From sequence record MK308675.1: a stretch of DNA of 64,000 nucleotides. The stretch is one strand, 5' to 3'. The translations under genes were made by a program, and so were the position numbers. The notes under the pieces were generated by a model. The model had not been told where the DNA came from and did not search any database. It saw only the letters and a list, made by a program, of their open reading frames with translations. Positions 28,253 through 38,689 of the stretch are shown in pieces; positions within the stretch are counted from its first letter, which is position 1, and each line of letters opens with the position of its first letter.

Positions 28253-31200
28253 ATGCTTCTACCAAACATTGACGGTGGGGTTGTTAGTAAAGCAAGGGGC
28301 GATATCAATGTCGCCCCTCCTCTTTACGACCCGGAAGGCTCAATATTCCTAGATGGCCGCGACGGCGAAGGCGGCATGTTACAGTTCCGCCCGGAAACTC
28401 CATCGGACTCTACGAAATGGTGTTATTCTATCTGGATAAAGAATGGTGGGTTCAGCTACAGTGACCGGCACTTCACGCTGCTTGGCGCTGTAAACCAGAA
28501 CGGTATTCCGTCGGCACTTAACACTTCTCGGCTTGACGACAACATGGCATATATAGCCATCGACGATTCGAGCACCTTTAAGTTAAGTAATATTACGAAT
28601 AACGCAACTATTGACACCTACACTCTCCCGATTAAATTTAAAGACTCGGCCGACTGGCAGCATTTGTTTGTTCGTTTTGACACCACTCGCGACATACTAG
28701 AACTGTTCGTCAATGGGGTTTTCGCAGGCGATGTCGTCGTGGCTAAAGATATCTTGAGGTTCGGCGATACTTCCCACTATCACTACATCGGAGCAGATTC
28801 GTATTCTCGTACTCGAGATGCCTATTTTACAGACCCAGCACTTATCTTCGGGGAGGGGCAGCTGGATGTTAATGATTTTGGTTACACTGACGAACACGGC
28901 GTGTGGCGTCCGAAGGACCTAACGCAATCTTTACCGAAAAGTATTTGGAAAGGGAGCTCTTTTTACCTACAGCCGGGTAAAACGCCTAGGTTTACCGAAG
29001 AGGCCGAAGGCGGCATCGCGCATGGTCACAAATATCAACGTGGTTTCCAGAGATTCAGAGTCGGCTTTGAGCCAGACATGGTTATGGTTTTCTCTACCAA
29101 GTATGGTTTTGCCGAAGGCGCCGACTTTACCTTTAAAGAGTTGCCAGAACTCTCCATCAATGCATCAAACGAAGTGGGTGCCGTCGCGGACCCAAATGGG
29201 GTAAAATATTTCCACGATGGTTTTTCCATGGGAACTTCCGGGAACTTCCATAACGAGAACGGTTTCCCTTACTCTTACTTGGCCTTTAAGAAAGGAGCTA
29301 AGTACGGCATCGACATCATTCATTATACGGGTGACGGCCAAGACAATCGCCGGGTCGCCCACGAGCTGGAACAGCGCCCGCTTTCTACTTGGATTATTCC
29401 AGTCGACGTCAACGCCAACCGAACATATAACCATATCGAGTTAGGACCCAATCGCGTCATGACCCTTGAGGATGGCGAGCTAACCGCAAGCACGGGCTAC
29501 ATACGTAACCTGACGGACAAAGAAGTTGTGGTCAGCAACTCAGCGAACGTCAATGCCAGCGGCGTACGCTACGCAATGATTTGTTTTGGTAATAAACAGG
29601 GCGTTATGTCCGTGGAACATCTTGTTGGTCCCGGCAATAGTCTACATTCTGGGTCCACTGAGACGCCGATTGATTTCCACGGGCTGGTTGCATTTACTCG
29701 CCGGATGGCAGGTAGCGGTAATCGCGCACTAGACATTATTACCAACGACTCCGTGCGTTCTATTTCGAGCGCGTACGCGGTGGCCTATCCGAACAACAGT
29801 GCCAATAACCCCCAGTTCTTCAGCAGCAATCAGTTAAACTGGTTAACGACCGTCGCCGAAACAATCGGCTATGCCGCTAGGGCAGATACGCGGTCAATCT
29901 TTAAGGCATGTAAGTCTGTAGTCAACGACGTTCAGTTAATCCCTCGTCGTATGTCGACGCATGATGCTTTGTCCGACGATAGTCCTTTCAGGAACTTAGG
30001 CGTCTGGAAAAACGCAGAGACGAATAGCACTTCGAGCTTCCACAGCGGCGGGCTTGGGGCGCACCTAGGCAATGGCGCGACGGCACAGGCCAAATGGAGC
30101 AAGTCGATACGCGGACGCTGTTACTGGGAAGTCAACGTCGAGTCCTCAGGCAGCGGCTACTACTATTTGGTCGGCTTAACGGGCAACCCGGGCTACACTT
30201 CGGCTGCTTACATCGACTGGTCGTACTATGTCGTTTATTACGCTAATAATGGAACAATACTCAGTTCTCCTCCAGGCACTGGCGGTGAGCAATTAGGGAC
30301 GACAACCGGCGGCGGTCATAGACATATTTACAGTATGTTGTGGGACCCGGAAATACGTACGCTTAAAATGTATCGTGACGGAAGCCTTCTTTTCGAACAA
30401 GACATGAGTGCTTATGATTTACCGGACTCGATATATCCGTACATACGCCACGCCTCGGGAGCACAATCCACAGTCTTCGCGATGAACGACGGGCGCTTCC
30501 CGTTTTTGTATCCTGAGCTTGCCGATAATGCACCTTCTCTTATGGAGGATGGCCTTAAGCCAATCGCGGACATAAAGAACAGCCAGGTAGCTTTTAAGCC
30601 GGTTGCGTACAAAGCGGGCGATAACTCGGGCCATCTGTTCTCTTATACTGGACAGCCGGCATCCACGACATGTAACATGTTCGAGGCAGACGGTAAACTG
30701 TATCTCTATAAGGCCAACTTCGGTGATGGTTCGACGCACCACGTCAACGATGAGCTAATTCGCATTAATGAGGACGGCTCTTTCGAAGTAGTGCTGGAAG
30801 GGCAGTACGGCAGCGCCACCTATGACACTCGCCATTTCGAGTCCAACGGCAGACATTTCCTCATTGTCTGCGACTACAATAAGGGGGCCTGGGGGAGCGC
30901 TAACACAGGTATCGGCATAATCACTTACGAGTTTCATCCTAAGACAGAAACGCTAACGACTATCTCGGTTTTACCTAACGGTGGCGTGAACAGGCTATCG
31001 CTTTACGAGTTTAACGGTGAACTGTTCTTAGCTCGTTGTGTGTGGGGCACCTCGTATGAAAACATCCGCATTTACAAATGGCAGCCGGACCACTTAACCT
31101 GGAAGGAAGGAGGCTACGAGGCTCTTACAAATGCCACCGCGGCACAGTTCTGGGAACGTGACGGAACACTCTATCTGTCTTGTGCTGCTTTGATGACGGC

Positions 31201-32620
31201 GGGCCGTAAGAGTGCGACGTATCGAGTCGACCCGGAAACAGGGAACCTTGCTCTCGTGTTCGCAGGGCCTAACGTAAACCAAGCGCGCTCTTTGGCAGTC
31301 AATACGGCTAAAGACGGTAACACCTACATGTTGATGTCATACACGGGAACGAGCAACAAGCTCTTCAAGTGGGACCCTGTTAACGAGGACTGGATTGAGG
31401 ATGTCGCGCCTGGGTCCTGGGCAAACTGCTACGGAATGAGCACCTTCAAAGAAGGAGAAGAGGTTTACTTCGCAATGGCGAATGCGGAATATACTTCCTC
31501 AAACGTACTGCATCACTTTGACCCGGTTACGAAGGGGCTGACTCCTATCGTTACGGCGGCTTCACAAAACGCACACGATGCTCAAAGCATTAAGTATCGC
31601 GGCGTGTGGTATACGGCATTCGCGAACCACCGCACGTCGAGCAGCTATGCCCAAGGCTACATCACTGTGGTGACCTCTAAAGTTGACCCCGACACAGGAA
31701 TATTGAAAGCAGGTCGCTTCATTGAGATGCCTAAGGGCGCTGACTTAATGTGGGTTAAGGACAGAACCACACCGGGCATTGCTCATCGTTTGTACAGTCC
31801 TAAGATGGTAGATAAGGAACTCTATCCGGGCCTAAACCTACCTGCTGGAAATTCGGCCACCGTAGACTGGCACGATGACGGCGTGTTGTTACAAGGCGGT
31901 TATACCGGACACAATACCGGCAACATTAACCACGTGGCATACTTCTGGAAAACTGGCCCTGAGTACGGCATTGATTTCTCTTTGCAAACCTCGGGGCCGG
32001 ATGGAACAACCGCGGTGACACACGAACACAATTGCGGCGACATCCCGGAAGTTTTGATGATAAAAGGACTAACGAATAACTCATCGTGGCATGTCAGGTT
32101 TGAGGATTTTGCGGATACCGATACCTTGCTCTTGGACACGAACACCGTAAGGTATACGTTGCCTGGCGCTAAGTATTGGGATAAGGCAAACTTCAATGAG
32201 AAGTCCGTATCGCTGTTCGCAGCGAATGCAATTGGTGTCAACCAAGGATTCGCAATGTTGGCTATTCGTTCCGTCCCGGGCTATTCAAAAACCGGTTTTT
32301 ATTGGGGCAATGGCAACGCGTCGGGTATCGATTTTAACCTTGGATTTAAACCAGCATGGATGTTGGTCAAGATTGAAAACGTCGTCGGTAACGATTGGGT
32401 AATCTTCGATTCGTCGCGTTCACCGTTTAACAAGGACGGGATGGCGAGATTGCGAGTTAACGGTACTCAGGTTGAGGACGCAGCGGAAAATAACGACATC
32501 TTCTTTACGTCAACTGGCTTTAAGTGTGACGGTACGGGAAGTTCCATGAACCGACTGAATGCTAAGTACACATTCATCGCGTTTGCGGAAAACCCGTTCG
32601 AACACACCAACGCTCGATAA
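28253..32620 (+). CDS. Giant tail/receptor-binding protein, paralogue with 7 EAR/EPTP-like repeats
   Basis: WCYSIWIK...DWQHLFV LamG; GRCYWEV SPRY; 7 repeats; C-terminal YTFIAFAENPF..NAR. Confidence 0.75.
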   Translation: MLLPNIDGGVVSKARGDINVAPPLYDPEGSIFLDGRDGEGGMLQFRPETPSDSTKWCYSIWIKNGGFSYSDRHFTLLGAVNQNGIPSALNTSRLDDNMAYIAIDDSSTFKLSNITNNATIDTYTLPIKFKDSADWQHLFVRFDTTRDILELFVNGVFAGDVVVAKDILRFGDTSHYHYIGADSYSRTRDAYFTDPALIFGEGQLDVNDFGYTDEHGVWRPKDLTQSLPKSIWKGSSFYLQPGKTPRFTEEAEGGIAHGHKYQRGFQRFRVGFEPDMVMVFSTKYGFAEGADFTFKELPELSINASNEVGAVADPNGVKYFHDGFSMGTSGNFHNENGFPYSYLAFKKGAKYGIDIIHYTGDGQDNRRVAHELEQRPLSTWIIPVDVNANRTYNHIELGPNRVMTLEDGELTASTGYIRNLTDKEVVVSNSANVNASGVRYAMICFGNKQGVMSVEHLVGPGNSLHSGSTETPIDFHGLVAFTRRMAGSGNRALDIITNDSVRSISSAYAVAYPNNSANNPQFFSSNQLNWLTTVAETIGYAARADTRSIFKACKSVVNDVQLIPRRMSTHDALSDDSPFRNLGVWKNAETNSTSSFHSGGLGAHLGNGATAQAKWSKSIRGRCYWEVNVESSGSGYYYLVGLTGNPGYTSAAYIDWSYYVVYYANNGTILSSPPGTGGEQLGTTTGGGHRHIYSMLWDPEIRTLKMYRDGSLLFEQDMSAYDLPDSIYPYIRHASGAQSTVFAMNDGRFPFLYPELADNAPSLMEDGLKPIADIKNSQVAFKPVAYKAGDNSGHLFSYTGQPASTTCNMFEADGKLYLYKANFGDGSTHHVNDELIRINEDGSFEVVLEGQYGSATYDTRHFESNGRHFLIVCDYNKGAWGSANTGIGIITYEFHPKTETLTTISVLPNGGVNRLSLYEFNGELFLARCVWGTSYENIRIYKWQPDHLTWKEGGYEALTNATAAQFWERDGTLYLSCAALMTAGRKSATYRVDPETGNLALVFAGPNVNQARSLAVNTAKDGNTYMLMSYTGTSNKLFKWDPVNEDWIEDVAPGSWANCYGMSTFKEGEEVYFAMANAEYTSSNVLHHFDPVTKGLTPIVTAASQNAHDAQSIKYRGVWYTAFANHRTSSSYAQGYITVVTSKVDPDTGILKAGRFIEMPKGADLMWVKDRTTPGIAHRLYSPKMVDKELYPGLNLPAGNSATVDWHDDGVLLQGGYTGHNTGNINHVAYFWKTGPEYGIDFSLQTSGPDGTTAVTHEHNCGDIPEVLMIKGLTNNSSWHVRFEDFADTDTLLLDTNTVRYTLPGAKYWDKANFNEKSVSLFAANAIGVNQGFAMLAIRSVPGYSKTGFYWGNGNASGIDFNLGFKPAWMLVKIENVVGNDWVIFDSSRSPFNKDGMARLRVNGTQVEDAAENNDIFFTSTGFKCDGTGSSMNRLNAKYTFIAFAENPFEHTNAR

Positions 32621-32632
32621 GTAAAAAGAATA

Positions 32633-32660
32633 CCTCCCTAGTCTCTCGGGACTAGGGAGG
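32633..32660 (+). terminator. Intrinsic terminator
   Basis: CCTCCCTAGTC/GACTAGGGAGG stem then TCTTTATTTTTT. Confidence 0.85.
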
Positions 32661-32725
32661 GTCTTTATTTTTTAACAAATCAAATAGTGCTATACACTTA
32701 TTTCTTCTGGCCGGAGAACTATTAA

Positions 32726-33715
32726 ATGTCAATCCAAACGCTATACAAATACCAGTTCGACAAGTACGGAAATAACTCCGCTAACTTGATTCCAAATGAA
32801 CCGGTGAAGTTCGATACTCCGCGTATCGTTCCTTTCGTACTGAGAGAAGGTAACTTCTATCAGAAAGACTTAACTATCCGAGATAAAGCAGACAACAGTT
32901 TATTGGTCTTAGGTACCGACTATAACCTAGTTGGCCTAGATGCTGACCTTACAGCAGAGACAGGCTTAACTGTAGCAGGCGGTATCGAGTTAGCCGATAA
33001 AACATTCATCGGTGAATTGGAAGTTACCTATCGCTGCGTAGGTGGACCGCAAGGCGAATCGCGCGCTCTTTATCTGGAACTAATCGAAGCAATCACAAAC
33101 GCAGGAACTAACCCTAGTGTTCTTTGGGAATCCATCATTGGTCGCCCTCAGCGCTTCCCGCCTGAAATCCACTCACACTTACTGAGCGAACTGACTGAAC
33201 TTGAGAAACTCTATCAGTCAATGCAGGACATGACTAATGCAATCGTCAACTCTAAGCCGATGTATGGTTCCAACCAAAACATCTTAGAACAGATTGAAGG
33301 CATCATTCAAATCCAGGCAGCGATGCAGTTAGCACTTAACCGTGTGGCTACAGGCGTAGGCTCAGTCGCGTTAATTAACCAAGTGCGTGATAATCTCGCT
33401 AACGTTCATAAGCAGTTCGATAAGACGACCAACACCGTTGGCGTTACTTGGGCAGACGTAGCAGTTATCCCTGAAGCGGACTTCAACAACGCACGCGGCG
33501 TCATCTCTATTGTTGATGCAACCGACTCCATGCAGATGGATTTCGATATTTCGTGGACTACCGCGAAAGACCCGTCTTACACACACTATGGCCATATCGG
33601 CACAGATGAACTCATCAACGCGATGCAAGTCATTAAACAGTCAGGTAACGTTGTAGTTCAAATTCGAACCACTAAAGACGCAACCGTCAAGACTAAATTT
33701 ACTCACCTGCTTTAA
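32726..33715 (+). CDS. Baseplate/tail attachment protein (same N-terminal family as 18583..19581)
   Basis: YQFDKYGNNSANLI...G.FY...G.DY and WESIIGRPQRFPPEIHSH motifs. Confidence 0.7.
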   Translation: MSIQTLYKYQFDKYGNNSANLIPNEPVKFDTPRIVPFVLREGNFYQKDLTIRDKADNSLLVLGTDYNLVGLDADLTAETGLTVAGGIELADKTFIGELEVTYRCVGGPQGESRALYLELIEAITNAGTNPSVLWESIIGRPQRFPPEIHSHLLSELTELEKLYQSMQDMTNAIVNSKPMYGSNQNILEQIEGIIQIQAAMQLALNRVATGVGSVALINQVRDNLANVHKQFDKTTNTVGVTWADVAVIPEADFNNARGVISIVDATDSMQMDFDISWTTAKDPSYTHYGHIGTDELINAMQVIKQSGNVVVQIRTTKDATVKTKFTHLL

Positions 33716-33724
33716 GGAGCACCC

Positions 33725-34171
33725 ATGAAGATTACTTTTCATTTCTTCGATAACCGCGCAATCGGTTCGCTACTTATCAAAGCACGCCTTTCCGAGCATT
33801 TCTCTCATGTGGGAATGGAGTTTGAGAACGGCGCGTTTATTCACAGCACTATGCTGCACGGCACCGTCATGCAGAAACTTAGCGACCAGCCAACTGAGCC
33901 TCTTGCGTCGGTAACTATCGATGTAGACGAAGAAGCGTACATGGAAGCGTACGAATGGGCAGTTCATCAAGTGGGTGGCAAATACGACTACAAGGGAATC
34001 ATTGGTTTCATGTTCGCTAAGAAATGGAACGATGAGAATGCGTTCTTCTGTTCTGAGCTAGGACGTAAAGTATTTGAAATCGCGACAGGGAAAATCCTGA
34101 AGTATTATAATTTGGTTACGCCCGGCGAATTACGCATGCTTGTAGCTATGCACAATCTAGACGGCAAGTAA
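33725..34171 (+). CDS. Permuted papain-like (YiiX/YaeF, NlpC/P60 superfamily) enzyme
   Basis: FSHVGM (His), GGKYDY, FFCSEL (Cys) in permuted order. Confidence 0.8.
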   Translation: MKITFHFFDNRAIGSLLIKARLSEHFSHVGMEFENGAFIHSTMLHGTVMQKLSDQPTEPLASVTIDVDEEAYMEAYEWAVHQVGGKYDYKGIIGFMFAKKWNDENAFFCSELGRKVFEIATGKILKYYNLVTPGELRMLVAMHNLDGK

Positions 34172-34187
34172 CTTAAGGGAAAAGACT

Positions 34188-37100
34188 ATGAGTAGCAAAT
34201 TAATCTTTACCATGCAATATTTCCGCGGGGAGAAAAAGCGCGAATATCTCGCTGACCCTGAAACCGGACTTATTCCTGGTACTGGTGAAACGGGCGGAGG
34301 TCTAGAAGAATACGACCGCGCCAAAGCATGGGATAAAGACGACGTCGTTATTCGCGACGGCGCTATCTTCCAAGCGAACGAAGACATTCCTGCGGGCTCT
34401 TCTTTCATTGAAGGCCTTACTGGCCCGACTTGGCTTAAGTTAGGCGCAGAAGCGGTAGCGACACTTCCCGACTACGCTGTAGGCATTCGTTATCTTAAAG
34501 ACCAAGCGATTGCCCGTGGTCGAGTTATCTACCGTGCGAAGAATGACTTTACTTCTGCCGCGTGGAATCCAGCACAATGGGAAACGGTCTTCTCTGAAGA
34601 CGCAGTTCGCGATAAGGTAGCGGACTTCAGTACTGCACAGTCTTACGTAACGCATGAATTAGTTGCCTACAACGGTGACATCTATGCGGCAAACGAAGAT
34701 ATGGCGGCAGGGGCCTTTGACGCATCTAAATGGCAGAATCTAACTACGCCTAACGTAACATACGTCGATGACTATGCCCCGGGCACAGTCTATACCAAAG
34801 ACGCTGTAGTTATGCGCAATGGTCAATTGTTCCGTGCAACGCAACAAACTGCGACAGCATGGGATGAAGGCGATTGGCAAGCGGTTTCTTCAGTTTCTAC
34901 TGTTCGTGGTTACTGGGACCTTAATGCAACCTATAAAGCAAACGAAATAGTTATCGCTAATGACCGCTTCTATCGTGCTAACGGCGATATCGGTTCAGGC
35001 ACTACGTTCACTGTAGGTACTGGTACTGAAGAATGGACTGAGGTGTCGGGCCCTGTTACTCCGCCTATCACGGCAGATGACTTTAAAGCTTCTACGCTTT
35101 ATGCTAAGAATCAGGTTATTGTAGTTAACGGCATCCTTTATCGGGCTAAGGCAGAGTTCACTTCACTCTCTGCATTTAGCATCGCGGATTGGGACCCTGT
35201 CTCTTATGACCCAGAAACGGCCGTAGACGCATGGCAAGCTAATACTGACTATAAAGCAGGGCAGTTAGCCACGTTAGTTGTAAATGGTCGTAACACGCTT
35301 TACAGAGCGCGTGCGGACATCACAGGCGGAGCGAGTTTCGTAGCGGCCGAATGGGACGACCTAACTCAAACGTCGACCTGGCGTGCTGAGTGGGATATCT
35401 CGAACATCTATGCTAAGGACGACGTTGTGTGGCGTGCAGGGCATCTGTACATTGCCAACGATGCGGTACCTATCAACACTGCATGGGTAGAAGGCATCAC
35501 CGGCGCTACGTGGGCTCGTTTGTTGGCCGAACCAGTATCTAAGATTTCTGTTTGGGCAGCAACAACTTCTTATCAGAAAGATGAACTTCTAGCTTATGAT
35601 GGCAACATCTATCGCGTGGAAGCCCCTTTCGTTTCTGGCGCGGCATTTACAAGCGGTGGCCTAGAACTGCTCACTGCCGGTAAGTATACTAAGATTCCTG
35701 CATTCCGTGGCTCTAACGCTTACGTCCAAGACGAGACGATTGCCGAAGGCGGAATCCTTTACCGCGCTAAAGCGGACTTTACGTCAGCTACAAACTTCAA
35801 TGAAGCAGACTGGGAAGTTATCGCGGACATCGCGACAAACATCCTGTACGACTTCAGTATCACAGAAGACTATGTAGAAAATGAAATCGTTTTCCACTTA
35901 GACTCCATCTGGCGTGCTAAAGGCGACCTTGCTCCTGGGGCTTGGGACGAGTCCGATTGGGAATTCGTTTCTGAATACTCAACCTTTAAAGGTCAGCACG
36001 TCCAGGCACGTGACTACAAGCAAGACGACGTGGTAATCCACAACAACCGATTATATCGAGCAAACTCGAATATTGCGGGCGGCACTGCTTTCTTGGCAGG
36101 TAGCGGAGGTAACCAATGGACTGAGGTTTCCCCTCCAGGAAATCCTTCTGCTCCGGACTGGGCAAGCTCAACGGCATATGTTCAGCACAACTTGGTCATT
36201 CACGGTGGCGTCCTTTACCGCTGTAAGACAGACCATACTTCAGGAAGTAGCTTCCTCGCTTCTCAGTGGGAGACATTGAAAGCAGAAGCGGCTACCTTGG
36301 CTTCGACTTACCAGAATGGCCAAGAATATGTCCTTGACCAACTGATTGAATACAACGGCATTCTTTACCGCTGTATCGAAGCGATGCTAAGTTCACCTGT
36401 AACGTTCGAGCCAGACAAATGGCAAGGCGTATCGGTTTCTTATATCCGCATCTCTGCGCATAGTGCTTCAGCCGTTTATCGTGAAGGCGAATTGATTTGG
36501 CACGTGAATCGCTTGTATCGTGCTAAGGCAGGCATTAACCCAGGTCGTGCTTTCTCGCTTAACGATTGGGCTATCTCTGAAGATACCAACTACGTGAGCG
36601 AATATGCGGAGAATGAAGACTACCGCCTAGGCCAACTTATCCGTTCAGGTGTTGACTTATATATCGCAAACGAAGCTATTACCGGTGCTCCTGCTGTACT
36701 TGACGAAACTAAGTGGAACCGCGTAGGTTACCGCCCAACCGTTCAAGGCGCGCATGACGATACTCTTGCGTATAAGCAAGGGGACATTGTTCTTAAGGAA
36801 GGTACTTGGTACGAAGCTAACGCGGACATCGCGGCTAACGTGGCCCTGTCTGAAGGTACTACTGGCGCCACATGGAAACGTGTAACCGACAGCATGACCA
36901 TCAAGGCACATGCGGCAGACGCAATCTTCTTCCCTGGTCAGCTCTGTCTACATGAAGAGCGCGTTTACACAGCGAAGGAATTCCTAACGGTAGACAGCTC
37001 TAATACGTTCCAGTCTATCAAGTGGGAGAAGCTAGGTTCGTTTGTTACTCTAGCGGAAGACTACCAAGACAACATCGAATACAAGAAAGACCAAATCATC

Positions 37101-38522
37101 TTCCATCTGAGCGTTCTTTACCGCCGCATTGCGACGGGCACCGATACGACTTGGACGGCAGCAAATTGGCAAGCTCTTTCTTTAACCGCGGCGATTCTAA
37201 ACGACTTCGACAACACGAAGAACTATGCTGCCAACGAGGTCATCACTCGCGGAGGTGCTACCTACCGTGTTAAGACTCCTGGCATTAAAGCTAGCTTCGT
37301 AGAAAGCGATTGGGACCGCATCGATGAGCGTCCTACGTTCCGTGGCGAATGGGCTCAGGCTAATGCTTATAAAGCAGCTGACTTCGTAGTTCGCGACAGT
37401 ATCCTTTACACTGCCAACGATGATGTTCCGGCAACAACTGCATTCTCAGTCGGCACTACCGGCGCTACATGGAAACGTCAGTCGCCAGAGAACATTGCAG
37501 TTGAGCACGTAGGTGCTGAGATTACGGTAACTGAGGGACAACCTGTTCTTCATCGCCGTGTTCTTTACTTCGCAACACAGACGGTAACCATTCCTGATGC
37601 GTTCGATGAAACCGGACTTAAGAAGATTGGTCGCTTCGGCATGACCGAGCAAACCTTCGAAGCCGATACTTGGTTCCCTGCTGGTTGGTTAATGCGTCAA
37701 GACGATAAAGTCTACAAAGCGAAAACGGACTTTACCACTGCGACGGCCTTTGATGTTGCTGACTGGGATTTAGTTTCTCATGACTACGCGTTCATTGTAG
37801 AGTTCAGCACAGCTGACACTTACTACAAAGACCAAATCGTTATCAACTCTAAACTACTTTACCGTGCTAATACAGACGTTACTGTAGCGGGTGCTTGGGA
37901 CTCTGCCCAATGGGACCAATTGGCTCCAGCTGAAGCAGCTCGTATCGAGACTCATGACGAGACTAACGAATACCTACTTGACGACATTGTCTTCAAAGAC
38001 GGTATGTTGTGGCGTGCTAACTCTGCCATCGCAGCGAACACTCCGTTCGTTAAGGGCACGAGTGCCAACGAATGGCGTGCAGCCATTGAACTTAAGATTA
38101 AAGCGTTTGCTGAAGGTGAGAACATTCTTACCGGAGAGTACCGCTTAATCGAAGGTCACTTAGCCGTAGCAAAAGAAGACATTGCATCTACTGCTGCGTA
38201 CGCTACGGAAACTGAGAAGTGGAGTATTCTGTCTCACGACATCTCCAAACTTAAGATGGTTTACCCAGTCCGCGAATACTTACCGGCCGAGACAAACATC
38301 AACTATGATGGTTCAATCGACGGTTCAGTATCCGACACTTGGGTAGTCACGGGTAGCTTACCGACTACAGAACTTTCAGTGTTACTATGGTTAGGTTACG
38401 AGTTCCACTTAGGTGGCCTAGACGTAACTGACAAAGTAGTACAGAAGGGTTCGTCAGCACCGTATGGTTTCGGCATTAGCGGTGTCTGGATTGAGTCAGG
38501 CGACGTCCTAGAGGTACGATAA
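34188..38522 (+). CDS. Large repeat protein with about 26 CBM5/12 (ChtBD3)-like modules
   Basis: Repeated aromatic-x5-Y-x2-D/G-x2-V-x3-G-x-L-Y-R-A...W units counted by eye. Confidence 0.75.
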   Translation: MSSKLIFTMQYFRGEKKREYLADPETGLIPGTGETGGGLEEYDRAKAWDKDDVVIRDGAIFQANEDIPAGSSFIEGLTGPTWLKLGAEAVATLPDYAVGIRYLKDQAIARGRVIYRAKNDFTSAAWNPAQWETVFSEDAVRDKVADFSTAQSYVTHELVAYNGDIYAANEDMAAGAFDASKWQNLTTPNVTYVDDYAPGTVYTKDAVVMRNGQLFRATQQTATAWDEGDWQAVSSVSTVRGYWDLNATYKANEIVIANDRFYRANGDIGSGTTFTVGTGTEEWTEVSGPVTPPITADDFKASTLYAKNQVIVVNGILYRAKAEFTSLSAFSIADWDPVSYDPETAVDAWQANTDYKAGQLATLVVNGRNTLYRARADITGGASFVAAEWDDLTQTSTWRAEWDISNIYAKDDVVWRAGHLYIANDAVPINTAWVEGITGATWARLLAEPVSKISVWAATTSYQKDELLAYDGNIYRVEAPFVSGAAFTSGGLELLTAGKYTKIPAFRGSNAYVQDETIAEGGILYRAKADFTSATNFNEADWEVIADIATNILYDFSITEDYVENEIVFHLDSIWRAKGDLAPGAWDESDWEFVSEYSTFKGQHVQARDYKQDDVVIHNNRLYRANSNIAGGTAFLAGSGGNQWTEVSPPGNPSAPDWASSTAYVQHNLVIHGGVLYRCKTDHTSGSSFLASQWETLKAEAATLASTYQNGQEYVLDQLIEYNGILYRCIEAMLSSPVTFEPDKWQGVSVSYIRISAHSASAVYREGELIWHVNRLYRAKAGINPGRAFSLNDWAISEDTNYVSEYAENEDYRLGQLIRSGVDLYIANEAITGAPAVLDETKWNRVGYRPTVQGAHDDTLAYKQGDIVLKEGTWYEANADIAANVALSEGTTGATWKRVTDSMTIKAHAADAIFFPGQLCLHEERVYTAKEFLTVDSSNTFQSIKWEKLGSFVTLAEDYQDNIEYKKDQIIFHLSVLYRRIATGTDTTWTAANWQALSLTAAILNDFDNTKNYAANEVITRGGATYRVKTPGIKASFVESDWDRIDERPTFRGEWAQANAYKAADFVVRDSILYTANDDVPATTAFSVGTTGATWKRQSPENIAVEHVGAEITVTEGQPVLHRRVLYFATQTVTIPDAFDETGLKKIGRFGMTEQTFEADTWFPAGWLMRQDDKVYKAKTDFTTATAFDVADWDLVSHDYAFIVEFSTADTYYKDQIVINSKLLYRANTDVTVAGAWDSAQWDQLAPAEAARIETHDETNEYLLDDIVFKDGMLWRANSAIAANTPFVKGTSANEWRAAIELKIKAFAEGENILTGEYRLIEGHLAVAKEDIASTAAYATETEKWSILSHDISKLKMVYPVREYLPAETNINYDGSIDGSVSDTWVVTGSLPTTELSVLLWLGYEFHLGGLDVTDKVVQKGSSAPYGFGISGVWIESGDVLEVR

Positions 38523-38527
38523 AGTCA

Positions 38528-38553
38528 TAGAGGAGGGCTTCGGCCCTCCTCTA
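38528..38553 (+). terminator. Intrinsic terminator
   Basis: TAGAGGAGGGC-TTCG-GCCCTCCTCTA followed by TTCTTCTCTTT. Confidence 0.85.
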
Positions 38554-38689
38554 TTCTTCTCTTTCGTCAAATCCTCTGAGAAGGCCCGTTTTCCCTAATC
38601 CTAGGCTAACTCAACGTCAGAGGTAAACAGGTATGTTTTCTACGACTATATATAACAATATCTTTAAAGTCGACATCCAGGGGCAAGAC

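Noticed and set aside
22097-38522. Diversity-generating retroelement or shufflon acting on tail genes
   Set aside because: No reverse transcriptase or invertase ORF in the window, and no near-identical DNA template/variable repeat pair noticed; the paralogy is protein-level and diverged.
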